A stretch of DNA of 64,000 nucleotides, taken from IMG/VR virus record IMGVR_UViG_3300038361_000164, positions 1-64,000 of that record, one strand, 5' to 3'. The position numbers were made by a program, and so were the translations under genes. The notes under the pieces are model-generated. The model searched no databases and had not been told where the DNA came from. It saw nothing but the letters and a program-made list of their open reading frames with translations. Within the stretch, counting starts at the first letter, position 1. The number at the start of each line of letters is the position of its first letter. Positions 9,807 to 18,213 of the stretch are shown piece by piece.

Positions 9807-10609
9807 TCTGTTATAAAGGTTCTGAGTTTCTCGGTTGTTCTTCGTCTTTTAAGTTTTTCTAATACTTTGGCTTTTAATTGTCTGACACGTTCTCTGGTTA
9901 ATCCTAAATCAATTCCGATTTCTTTTAAAGTATATGGACGGATATATTTTCCAAGTCCAAAATAAAGATTAATAATTTCCTTTTCTCTGTCAGTAAAACC
10001 TCTTAAGAGATCATCCAGTTCAACCTTAAATTCCTGCGCTAACTCCGCACTTTGTAAGGTGCGAGAATTAGCGGGAATTATTTCATATAAATTTTTGTTG
10101 TTCTTTGTTTGCGGAGTATCGAGTCCTACGTACCTATACATATAGTGTGTAGTGTTTTTTACATTCTGATTTTGTAAGAATTGATTTAACTCTACCATGC
10201 TAGGTGTACGGCCCAGGGTGTGTTCTAACTCCTCATGTAGCTTAGCAACTTTGTTTTGCTGAGCAATTTGATTCATAGGTAGTCGAATTAATCGACCATT
10301 TTCGTTTAATGCCGTGACAATACTTTGTCGAATCCACCACACAGCATAAGTAATAAACTTTACTCCACGGGTGATATCAAAGCGATCGTACGCTTTTAAC
10401 AACCCCACATTTCCCTCACTTATGAGTTCTTCTAAGGGCAATCCTTTATCTTGATACGTTTTCGCAACAGTAATAACAAATCTTAAATTATGAGTAATAA
10501 TTTGATTATAGGCGTTACGACTGCCAGATTTGGCTAATGCCATTAGTCTAGCTTCTTCTTCTCGTTTTAAAGGCTTTAAATTTGCTATATCGCTTAAATA
10601 TCTTTCCAT
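9797..10609 (-). CDS. Sigma-70 family factor, RpoD/SigA-like (regions 1.2-4)
   Basis: NLRFVITVAKTYQ, LEELISEGNVGLLKAYDRFD, GVKFITYAVWWIRQSI, and region 4 TLKEIGIDLGLTRERVRQL. Confidence 0.95.
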   Translation of the reverse strand: MERYLSDIANLKPLKREEEARLMALAKSGSRNAYNQIITHNLRFVITVAKTYQDKGLPLEELISEGNVGLLKAYDRFDITRGVKFITYAVWWIRQSIVTALNENGRLIRLPMNQIAQQNKVAKLHEELEHTLGRTPSMVELNQFLQNQNVKNTTHYMYRYVGLDTPQTKNNKNLYEIIPANSRTLQSAELAQEFKVELDDLLRGFTDREKEIINLYFGLGKYIRPYTLKEIGIDLGLTRERVRQLKAKVLEKLKRRRTTEKLRTFITECM

Positions 10610-10908
10610 TATTTTTTTGGTGGGTGGTGAGGTATTAGTGTTACAGTTTTATTGGGATGTACAATTATTTGATCTACTGAACGTCCTTCAGCAAATTCGT
10701 TACAAACCCAACATTTCGGTATTCTGTTTCGTCTAGAACATTTCTCCGGGTGCTTCCAATTGTGAAAAATTTTATCATACTTTTCCTCATCAGATAACTC
10801 TATGCCAGTTTGTCTGTTTGATATTTCTCCAAAATCTGAACTCTGTCTTCGTGTTTGCTTAGCGTGCTTATGTTCGCCTAGAGGTGCTTTAGTGTTTATA
10901 TTAGACAT
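10609..10908 (-). CDS. Hypothetical protein (99 aa, CxxC)
   Basis: TAATG-coupled to both neighbours. Contains KCWVCNE. Confidence 0.7.
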   Translation of the reverse strand: MSNINTKAPLGEHKHAKQTRRQSSDFGEISNRQTGIELSDEEKYDKIFHNWKHPEKCSRRNRIPKCWVCNEFAEGRSVDQIIVHPNKTVTLIPHHPPKK

Positions 10909-11501
10909 TAGAATCTTTGAATGTATTGAGAAGGGTTTTGTTCCCCTCTATACCAATTTAAAACTAACTGTGCACCGATTTCCGCAATAATTCTGTTACC
11001 ACCTTGAATGATGTTTTGTTCTAACTGATATTCTAATTGACAGCTTCCGTTTTCTGCATCTTCTTTTACAGTGCTTAATAGTTTTTTCAAAGTATTAGCT
11101 TTATGTTTAGTAAAAAATGCAATAGACTGCCCTTCACTACGAAGGTCAATCCAGTAAGTATTAAGCGTATCCATATGTTTAAACAACATGCGTCTAAATG
11201 TTGTATTATCTACTGCACTAATGATACAATCATATCCAGAAAGTTGACTTGTTTTTAAAATTTTGTGATCATAGCTTACTACCTCATAACGAGCTTCTAT
11301 AGCATCGGCCTTATAATCGAGAATGTCTTCTTCTAAATAATTCTGATATTTGATGTTCTTGTCTTCAACTATATCTGGATCTGCAGCCTCTAAAACTAAT
11401 CCAGGAAGTTGTTCTATATCTTTATAGTGTTGTAAATTGTGAATTAGCCATGATCCTATTCCTCCAAGACCAACTACTAATAATTTTCCACGATTTCTCA
11501 T
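10908..11501 (-). CDS. ThiF/E1-like adenylating enzyme
   Basis: VVGLGGIGS, DPDIVEDKNIKYQ, IISAVDN...R, WIDLRSEG, and GSCQ as candidate active-site Cys. Confidence 0.92.
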   Translation of the reverse strand: MRNRGKLLVVGLGGIGSWLIHNLQHYKDIEQLPGLVLEAADPDIVEDKNIKYQNYLEEDILDYKADAIEARYEVVSYDHKILKTSQLSGYDCIISAVDNTTFRRMLFKHMDTLNTYWIDLRSEGQSIAFFTKHKANTLKKLLSTVKEDAENGSCQLEYQLEQNIIQGGNRIIAEIGAQLVLNWYRGEQNPSQYIQRF

Positions 11502-12010
11502 TTACTGCTCGGCTCCTCAATAATTTGTGTTGTCATTAATTCAAAATCTCCGGTTTCTTGTACAAAATATGTATTCATTTTATGTTGTAAATTAGAATAT
11601 ATTAAAAAGAAACCAGTTAGTCCATGATTTTTTCCACCCGATCCTGCAATATCCCATTGAGATGGAATAGGCGCACTGTGCGGATGTGTATGTGTTATAG
11701 CTATGTGCTCGTGCGACGCTTTGGGATTCATTAAACTAGTAGAGTTTAAATACTTAAACCAATCGTTTGGATCGGGCATAAAATCTACTACAGAATTCAA
11801 TCGAGTCTTAGTGTGATGAGCTTTAAAAGCTGAACTATGCTCTTGTGTTTTAGCCAGGTTTATAATTCTAGTGTATTTAGTACTTGTCCAAACATTGTCC
11901 ACTTTGCAGCCGCTCAAAGCCCCGATGATTTCGTCATCAGGGCTCGAAGCTGCGTGAGCTAAATATTCGTTCAATACACTACTAGGTATTTGATGAATAA
12001 TATTTTGCAT
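11498..12010 (-). CDS. JAB/JAMM (MPN+) metalloprotease
   Basis: Upstream Glu (DDEIIG) plus HTHPHSAPIPSQWD, which matches H-x-H-x7-S-x2-D. Confidence 0.92.
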   Translation of the reverse strand: MQNIIHQIPSSVLNEYLAHAASSPDDEIIGALSGCKVDNVWTSTKYTRIINLAKTQEHSSAFKAHHTKTRLNSVVDFMPDPNDWFKYLNSTSLMNPKASHEHIAITHTHPHSAPIPSQWDIAGSGGKNHGLTGFFLIYSNLQHKMNTYFVQETGDFELMTTQIIEEPSSK

Positions 12011-12012
12011 AT

Positions 12013-12810
12013 TTAAATCGAAGCTAAACGCAATGCGTCATATTTGGTTTGTAAAGTAACTATTTTTTTCTCTAATTTTTTAACCATACCCGCTTCTTTG
12101 GAATGATTGATCTGCCAATGGCGAAGAATCCATGTCCATTTTTTATTAGAAAGCCAGTTATGACCGCTTGAACCGTATAAAGCGGAAACGACATCCTCAG
12201 ATATGCGTGTGGCTCTAGCCAATATCCATAGACGAAGATTTTCAGCTGCTGTCACATACTCTTCTAGTCCTTTAGAATCTATAGGACAATCAAAAAGCAC
12301 CTCTTTCATAACATTATCAGTGAAAGTGTTACTGCGTCCTTTTTGTCGCACTAAGTCCCTGGTACCAGATGGAAGAGTACAAGCTGTGTGATCGTCTAGA
12401 CCAAACATTACTCGTTCTAATCGTCCTACCGCACTGGGAGTTAGCAAAGCAGTAGCTCCTAATTGTTGGAGCTTATCAGAACAGGTTCGATTATCCCAAC
12501 CCTCTAAATGTAATTTTTTAAAAAATATAACATTTCGTTCGCTGCCAAAGTATTTGTATGTGCGTAGAACATCGGCCCATACTAAACCTACCTCTATTAG
12601 TCTTTGTCTTAGTTTATATACACTAATATGTAAACTATTGGCAAAGCTTATTTGGGTAAAAGTTGCGCATGGCGGTATAATAAAGGTTCCTATTGCTTCT
12701 CTAACTTTTATAGGCTTTCCGCTTACTGACATTTTTTTTGTTGGAGTCATAAGTTTTCCAACGATACTTCCAAAGTTTTTTGAAGGTCTATTTCTTATTT
12801 CTGTTTTCAT
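12013..12810 (-). CDS. Hypothetical protein (265 aa), possible N-terminal winged-helix
   Basis: Intact ORF between Ubl and JAB. Segment QISFANSLHISVYKLRQRLIEVG looks HTH-like. Confidence 0.65.
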   Translation of the reverse strand: MKTEIRNRPSKNFGSIVGKLMTPTKKMSVSGKPIKVREAIGTFIIPPCATFTQISFANSLHISVYKLRQRLIEVGLVWADVLRTYKYFGSERNVIFFKKLHLEGWDNRTCSDKLQQLGATALLTPSAVGRLERVMFGLDDHTACTLPSGTRDLVRQKGRSNTFTDNVMKEVLFDCPIDSKGLEEYVTAAENLRLWILARATRISEDVVSALYGSSGHNWLSNKKWTWILRHWQINHSKEAGMVKKLEKKIVTLQTKYDALRLASI

Positions 12811-12836
12811 GTTTTCTATTTGATTATGTTTTCATA

Positions 12837-12854
12837 TAGCAAAAAGTTTTGCTA
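12837..12854. promoter_or_regulatory. 18-bp palindrome (operator-like) in the intergenic gap after the Ubl gene
   Basis: TAGCAAAA-AG-TTTTGCTA, perfect 8-bp arms. Confidence 0.5.
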
Positions 12855-12855
12855 C

Positions 12856-13086
12856 TTATTTTCCACCATACAAGCTGTTAGTAAGTGTAATGTCTTCCGC
12901 TTCTTCGAGCATCTTTACATTTAACATTTCTGGATCTACAAACTTACCATCTATGTAAGCCCATTTACCATTTCCTGTTTCTGCGATGATTTTTTCAAGA
13001 GCTTGTCCTCCTTCTCCTTCCCATTCATCATGTCCGCTTCTACTTACTATTTTTATGTGTACTTGTTTCTTAACTAATTTTGCCAT
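12856..13086 (-). CDS. Ubiquitin-like (beta-grasp candidate) protein ending in GG-K
   Basis: 76 aa with C-terminus ITLTNSLYGGK. Clustered with JAB and E1 genes. Fold is inferred, not computed. Confidence 0.8.
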   Translation of the reverse strand: MAKLVKKQVHIKIVSRSGHDEWEGEGGQALEKIIAETGNGKWAYIDGKFVDPEMLNVKMLEEAEDITLTNSLYGGK

Positions 13087-13099
13087 TACTTTTTAGTGG

Positions 13100-15304
13100 T
13101 TATCTTATTGTAGATATATGCTTTGATACCAATCGGTCGTTACTTATTGCATATAATCTATTTACTAATTGATCTTTTCCTGTTTGATCATTACTTTTGT
13201 CAACAATACAGAATCGTTGACCGCTTCCTGCATCGTAAACACTGTTGTCATTGTGTGCGTCGACAACATAGTTTCTTTTCGAGCCTTTGATTAAATAACC
13301 CTGAATCGTAATACGATCGGACAATCTATGAGACTCTTCTTTTATCTTAAATAATTTTTCAGTTTCTTCTAAAAGCTGTTTACTTTTTTGAACAGCTTCT
13401 TCGTACATTTTTTTCCCACTTGAAATCAAAACTCCAATTTGTGAGACGGTAATCGAACTCATACCGCATTGTCCAGTTTTCATCTTATCTAAAAACTCTT
13501 TTGGATTTTGTATTTTAGCTGACAGACGTTCTAGTTTATTAATATTTGAAATACGAATAAAAGCATCATCAATTTTTACATAGTTGATATTCTTTCTTCG
13601 AGCGATTTCCATTCTTACAATAAAATAACTAGAACCAGTTCCAAGACCTGCTATATTAAATAGTAAACCGTTGTGTAAAAATCCATGTATTCTTAAAGAA
13701 CATTTGCTTACTGATTCTACAAAAGCATAATATGCAGTTTGTGTATCGAAACACATTGCTCTTCTAATACAAGCTCCTACTTCTTTACCGTTTATACGCT
13801 TACCATTAATATAAGATAAGTATGAGGTGTATGTAGCAGCGTTAATTTCTCTTAGTTCATGCACAATAGTTGCATCGCCAATTTTATAGGTTCCTGACCA
13901 TTTTTCGGCAAAACTACAGAATTCCTCAAATACATCATCAAAACTAAAATCTTTCCATTTGCTTTGCTTTATATTTTTCTTAATAAATTGAGCTACCCAG
14001 GGATGTTTTACTAAATCTTCTTCCCAATATGGTACATTGGCGGTTATTGCACGCATCTCCAAAACCTGTCCTTCATACTCTATTTTATCGCTGAAGTATT
14101 TCACACCGTTCAGTGTGATAGGTTTTGTAGCAGATAAAGCGTCTAACTTCTTATCAACTTTTTTTGTTACAATAATCTTTATGTCTTTAGCTTTCTTTTC
14201 ATCTGTTTGCTTTTTTGCTGCTAATTTTTTACTTCGTTGAATATCGGCATTAGAAAATACTCGCGCACCTTCTCCAGCTCTAGGAGTAATACGGCGTCTT
14301 GCGTAAGCTAAGAATTGATTTCTAGAATTATGATCTCCAAACATTTGTGGATCTTCCAAATCGTTGTTGAAATAAGCAGCTCTAAGAAGTGTTTGTGCGG
14401 ATCCTTCATAGTTGTTTTGGAAAAAACCACCACTACCATCGAGCAGTATTTGACGATCTACATCTAAAAAATCATGAACTGGTGATGTTTGTGGATGCAC
14501 ACTAAATCTTATTTGACTTTTAGTTTTTCGTCCATTGCTGTAATAATAATTACTGGTTGGCGCTCCTACTAATATAGCCACTCTCCATGTTGGAAATTGT
14601 GCTATACAGGTAATTTTTGCTTCTCTTGAATTATTCGATATACCTTTATTTACCTTGTCATTCCACTGTAATTGTGCATCTTCTTTAAAGATGTCAGACA
14701 ATAAATTCACATAGCCAATGACTGTGCGAAGTGTAGTACCCTCAGCTTCTTGATCTAATTCTTCTATAAATTCTAAATTCCATTGTTTTCTTCTTCCCAT
14801 TAAGGTCTCATTTAAACCTTCTAAGATATTAGCTGTAAGTTCTTTCAATGTAGGTAGAGAATCGCTATATCCTATCAATTTATTAGATAGTCTTTCTACT
14901 TTTTGGGAAATAAGTCGTTTAATATACTTACCTGTCCCTGTAATTAAAAAAGATAGATAATTAGCCGACAATGCATCATCTAGGTCTACTTCCTTAATGC
15001 TTATATATTGCTTACTATAGCCGTCTCCAATGCCAACTTTGTAATGTGGAGTTGTTGTTATTGTCTTTTTGTTCGTGTTTTCTTTTAGTTGGATCCGTTT
15101 AGCGTGCTCTATTATAACTTCATATTTTTCAGTAATAATAGTTGCCTGTAATCCTAACAAGCCGTCTGCATCTAATGAAGCTTTAGATAAATAACCTACT
15201 GAGGCTTTGATCTGGGTCAAAGCGCTTTTGCTTAAACCCAGATCAAATACAGTATTAATTTCTACTAATTCTTCTACGGAACCATATGATTGGTTTCCAT
15301 ACAT
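13100..15304 (-). CDS. Large hypothetical protein (734 aa) next to the Ubl gene
   Basis: Intact ORF with no family recognised. Confidence 0.75.
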   Translation of the reverse strand: MYGNQSYGSVEELVEINTVFDLGLSKSALTQIKASVGYLSKASLDADGLLGLQATIITEKYEVIIEHAKRIQLKENTNKKTITTTPHYKVGIGDGYSKQYISIKEVDLDDALSANYLSFLITGTGKYIKRLISQKVERLSNKLIGYSDSLPTLKELTANILEGLNETLMGRRKQWNLEFIEELDQEAEGTTLRTVIGYVNLLSDIFKEDAQLQWNDKVNKGISNNSREAKITCIAQFPTWRVAILVGAPTSNYYYSNGRKTKSQIRFSVHPQTSPVHDFLDVDRQILLDGSGGFFQNNYEGSAQTLLRAAYFNNDLEDPQMFGDHNSRNQFLAYARRRITPRAGEGARVFSNADIQRSKKLAAKKQTDEKKAKDIKIIVTKKVDKKLDALSATKPITLNGVKYFSDKIEYEGQVLEMRAITANVPYWEEDLVKHPWVAQFIKKNIKQSKWKDFSFDDVFEEFCSFAEKWSGTYKIGDATIVHELREINAATYTSYLSYINGKRINGKEVGACIRRAMCFDTQTAYYAFVESVSKCSLRIHGFLHNGLLFNIAGLGTGSSYFIVRMEIARRKNINYVKIDDAFIRISNINKLERLSAKIQNPKEFLDKMKTGQCGMSSITVSQIGVLISSGKKMYEEAVQKSKQLLEETEKLFKIKEESHRLSDRITIQGYLIKGSKRNYVVDAHNDNSVYDAGSGQRFCIVDKSNDQTGKDQLVNRLYAISNDRLVSKHISTIR

Positions 15305-15307
15305 AAT

Positions 15308-15709
15308 TTAATTAAATAGTTCCTTTGTTTCTTCGGTTTCTTCGTCCATGTTGCAACCAACTATGACTAAAAAGTCTCTTGGGTCTGGGCGAAGTTCCAG
15401 TTGTTTTCCTTCAAAATCTTTTAAAGCCGTTACATCATAAAACCTCATTATTTGGGCTAAAGTGCTGTTAGGCAATAATTGTCCTTTTTTATCAGTGGAA
15501 TACCAGTTACCCTTAATTGTAGGCTCCCCGGTTTTATAATCCTGGATAAAGGAATCAGATATTTCGAACGTTCGTTCGTTATCATCAACCATAGTAAAGG
15601 CAATCTTGTCGGAAAGACCACTAGGTGTTTTTATTTCAATTTTTTTCAAAGATACCACTCGCATACTTCTCGCCGTGCTGCCGATTCCTGTGTTTAAAAA
15701 GTCGTTCAT
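15308..15709 (-). CDS. Hypothetical protein (133 aa), possibly OB-fold ssDNA-binding
   Basis: Beta-rich sequence with an acidic C-terminal tail (DEETEETKELFN). Confidence 0.55.
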   Translation of the reverse strand: MNDFLNTGIGSTARSMRVVSLKKIEIKTPSGLSDKIAFTMVDDNERTFEISDSFIQDYKTGEPTIKGNWYSTDKKGQLLPNSTLAQIMRFYDVTALKDFEGKQLELRPDPRDFLVIVGCNMDEETEETKELFN

Positions 15710-15768
15710 TTTTTCGTGTTTTGGTTTGTTTGTTCTAAGTGGTAAATAACTTGCATATTCTTAGGTAG

Positions 15769-15790
15769 AAAAAAAGGACCAAAGGGTCCT
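15769..15790 (-). terminator. Rho-independent terminator downstream of nrdJ
   Basis: Minus strand reads AGGACC-CTTT-GGTCCT followed by a T run. Confidence 0.75.
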
Positions 15791-15800
15791 CGTTCTCTGT

Positions 15801-15832
15801 TGTTCTTATACCAAATTAATTATATTTGGCAA
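15801..15832 (-). promoter_or_regulatory. Putative extended -10 promoter (copy 1)
   Basis: TTGCCA-N16-TATAAG. The 15-mer TTTGGTATAAGAACA is identical to 41197-41211. Confidence 0.5.
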
Positions 15833-17802
15833 GTGTCGTTACTACAGAATCTTTCAATTTCTGCTAAATTCTTTCTAACTGTTTTAAATGATAATGTTTT
15901 AATATTTTTTATTAATTCATTATATTTTTCCTCAGTTATTTTTTCATAAGGCATTTGTGCGTAAGCCCCTTTTTCTAGTCTCGGTAAGAATGAAACTGAT
16001 TTTAATTTATATTGAAAAATATCTAAAGCTTGTTCAATAAAAGGACCCTCAGTTTCTGGATCAAATGTTATAGTAACTGATACAGAATTATCTGCCCAAT
16101 GTTCTTGCATAAATGCGGCCATTTCTAACTGCTCCCACATAGATACAGTTTCTAGAGTTCTTACTCCTTCACCAACATCTACAGGAATTTCTACAACCAC
16201 AGTTGAATCTTCTTGCCCCTTCACAGGCTCTATTATATATCCAGCTTTTTGCATAGGAACAATGAGTGGACTATTTTTATCTAACTGTATTCGCCTTATA
16301 TAAAAGCGACTTTCGGGGTAATGGATACCAGGAGTACACCCGGTAACAAGACTTGTACTTCCGCTAGGTTTTTGAGTAGTAATTCGAATACTTTTAGGTA
16401 TGGCTAACCAATTTGAATATATATCATCATAATTCTTTAAAACATCATAACCTTTTCTTAGCCATGTTCTTAAAACATCAATTTTATTATTAATTAAAAA
16501 TTGGGCCACACCGCTAACGCTTGTACCTATTCGGCGATTTCGTAACATTATGGCATTAGTACCAGCCCAGCCTGTGTTTAGAAGAGTAATAGTTTTTCCA
16601 TAAAGATATGCATATTTTAAAGATTTAAAAAAGTCTTCTAGCGAATCATGATGAGGTAAATATGCTTCTACTAAATTACACAACTCCCCTTCACCATGAC
16701 CACCTTCGAGGAAAATTTCACCACATGGGTTTGTCAAAACAGTTCTTGAGTCTTTCTGAAGTCCATTACTTGTGTCGCCCATACGTTTATTATTATGAGC
16801 ATTTTCAATCCAAAGTAGTCCAGGTTCTCCATTATTTCGAATACGGGTAGCTATTTCAGAATAGTCCATTCCTAAGGTTGCTTGCACACTGTTGTTACTC
16901 GCCCAGTATATAGACTCTCTTTCGGGATTTACCTTTAAATTTTTTAAATCGAGAAATTCAGTTGAATCATCCCCTCCTAAGAGAATTGCGGATCTTCTTG
17001 TGTTTCCAGCAACAACGGTTTTACCTATCCAGTTAAATAAATCAGCTATAGTTCTTTGAGTTATGAGTTGGTCTACATTTTTATTTAAAATATCTTTCAT
17101 TGCTTTAAACATTTCTTTCAAAGGTCCGGCTCCCGAAGCTGTTCCTCCAAAAGTTTTTATAAGAGCTCCAGCAGGTCTAACCTCACTATAATCAAAATTT
17201 GGACTCTTATTTTTTCCAAAATAAGATCCAATTAGTAATCCTAAAGCCTCTACCCAACCCTCTCTAGAATCAGGAATAACGAAGTCTTCTACTTCTTCAG
17301 TAGGTGTCCTTACTACAATTGTTTTTGCACCTTTTAGATCTGCACCTAAACCTATACCTTGCATAAGTACATCAAATCCAAACATAAAAGGTTTCATTGG
17401 ATCATTTTTCATAAACTCAGTAGTTGTTACTGAGCAATTAAATAACGCTCCAGATAGTTTCTTTTTATGTATAATATCCGTACCTTGCGCAAATAAACCC
17501 CTACCTCCTGGAAGAATCTTCATAGTGTACATTCTATCATACATTTCTTGGGCAGAAAATTGGGCTTTTTGTGGTATCCACTCAAGCCTATGCTGCTCTA
17601 TCCATTCTTTTTGTATATTGTATGTACCCTCAACAACTCGTTGAATTGTTTGCCACCATTCTTCGTTCTTACCATTTTTTAGAATTCGACTGTAGGTTCT
17701 TTTATAGACCAGTTCACCTAGCCCATTAAAACCGAAAGGTGGTTTGCGTCTTTTATATTTATTTAAAAAGGTTTCCGTTAATTGAAAACGATTTTCATTC
17801 AC
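15820..17802 (-). CDS. nrdJ: Class II (adenosylcobalamin-dependent) ribonucleotide reductase, monomeric RTPR type
   Basis: LPGGRGL, FNCS, TNPCGEI, CNLVE, TTQKPSGSTS, and the C-terminal Cys pair FCSNDTCQI. Confidence 0.95.
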   Translation of the reverse strand: MNENRFQLTETFLNKYKRRKPPFGFNGLGELVYKRTYSRILKNGKNEEWWQTIQRVVEGTYNIQKEWIEQHRLEWIPQKAQFSAQEMYDRMYTMKILPGGRGLFAQGTDIIHKKKLSGALFNCSVTTTEFMKNDPMKPFMFGFDVLMQGIGLGADLKGAKTIVVRTPTEEVEDFVIPDSREGWVEALGLLIGSYFGKNKSPNFDYSEVRPAGALIKTFGGTASGAGPLKEMFKAMKDILNKNVDQLITQRTIADLFNWIGKTVVAGNTRRSAILLGGDDSTEFLDLKNLKVNPERESIYWASNNSVQATLGMDYSEIATRIRNNGEPGLLWIENAHNNKRMGDTSNGLQKDSRTVLTNPCGEIFLEGGHGEGELCNLVEAYLPHHDSLEDFFKSLKYAYLYGKTITLLNTGWAGTNAIMLRNRRIGTSVSGVAQFLINNKIDVLRTWLRKGYDVLKNYDDIYSNWLAIPKSIRITTQKPSGSTSLVTGCTPGIHYPESRFYIRRIQLDKNSPLIVPMQKAGYIIEPVKGQEDSTVVVEIPVDVGEGVRTLETVSMWEQLEMAAFMQEHWADNSVSVTITFDPETEGPFIEQALDIFQYKLKSVSFLPRLEKGAYAQMPYEKITEEKYNELIKNIKTLSFKTVRKNLAEIERFCSNDTCQI

Positions 17803-18212
17803 TAATCAGTTCCTCGCGTTTTTTTCTCTTTTTTTAACTGCATCAATTCTGTTTTAAGCATTGGTAGTACTGAAATACGAGCTATAGCTTGCCCAGGAAC
17901 TATCTTTTGTGGATAAGGTCCTACATTTACTATTTCGAAAATAAGCTCATCGCTATTTTCAGAAGGCAAAAAGCTACTCTTTATTACCAAAGACCAAGGA
18001 TGTCTCGCCATATCTGGATCCAATGAAACGTTTCCACGGTAACCTTCTGGTATGTGTAAACTAATTCCAGTATGAACTTTTTTTGTTGTGCCTGATGTAA
18101 TTATGTCTTTAATATATCCAATTACTTGAATGTTTCCAATTCCATCTTTTGGCACAATTGGATCGAATGCTCTTGAATTTAATTTTTTGTATGTTAATGT
18201 AACATGTTCCAT
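17802..18212 (-). CDS. dUTPase-fold protein with degenerate catalytic motifs
   Basis: Scaffold segments VHTGISLHIPEGY and IVPGQAIARI are present. The AGxDL, RSG, GxIDxDY and GFGSTG motifs are absent. Confidence 0.75.
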   Translation of the reverse strand: MEHVTLTYKKLNSRAFDPIVPKDGIGNIQVIGYIKDIITSGTTKKVHTGISLHIPEGYRGNVSLDPDMARHPWSLVIKSSFLPSENSDELIFEIVNVGPYPQKIVPGQAIARISVLPMLKTELMQLKKEKKTRGTD

Positions 18213-18213
18213 G

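Noticed and set aside
10908-13086. Ordinary ThiF/ThiS thiamine or MoaD/MoeB pathway
   Set aside because: No thiazole synthase or Moco genes in the window, the E1 lacks the CxxC zinc motifs of canonical ThiF/MoeB, and the Ubl GG is blocked by Lys. Not fully excluded without the rest of the genome.
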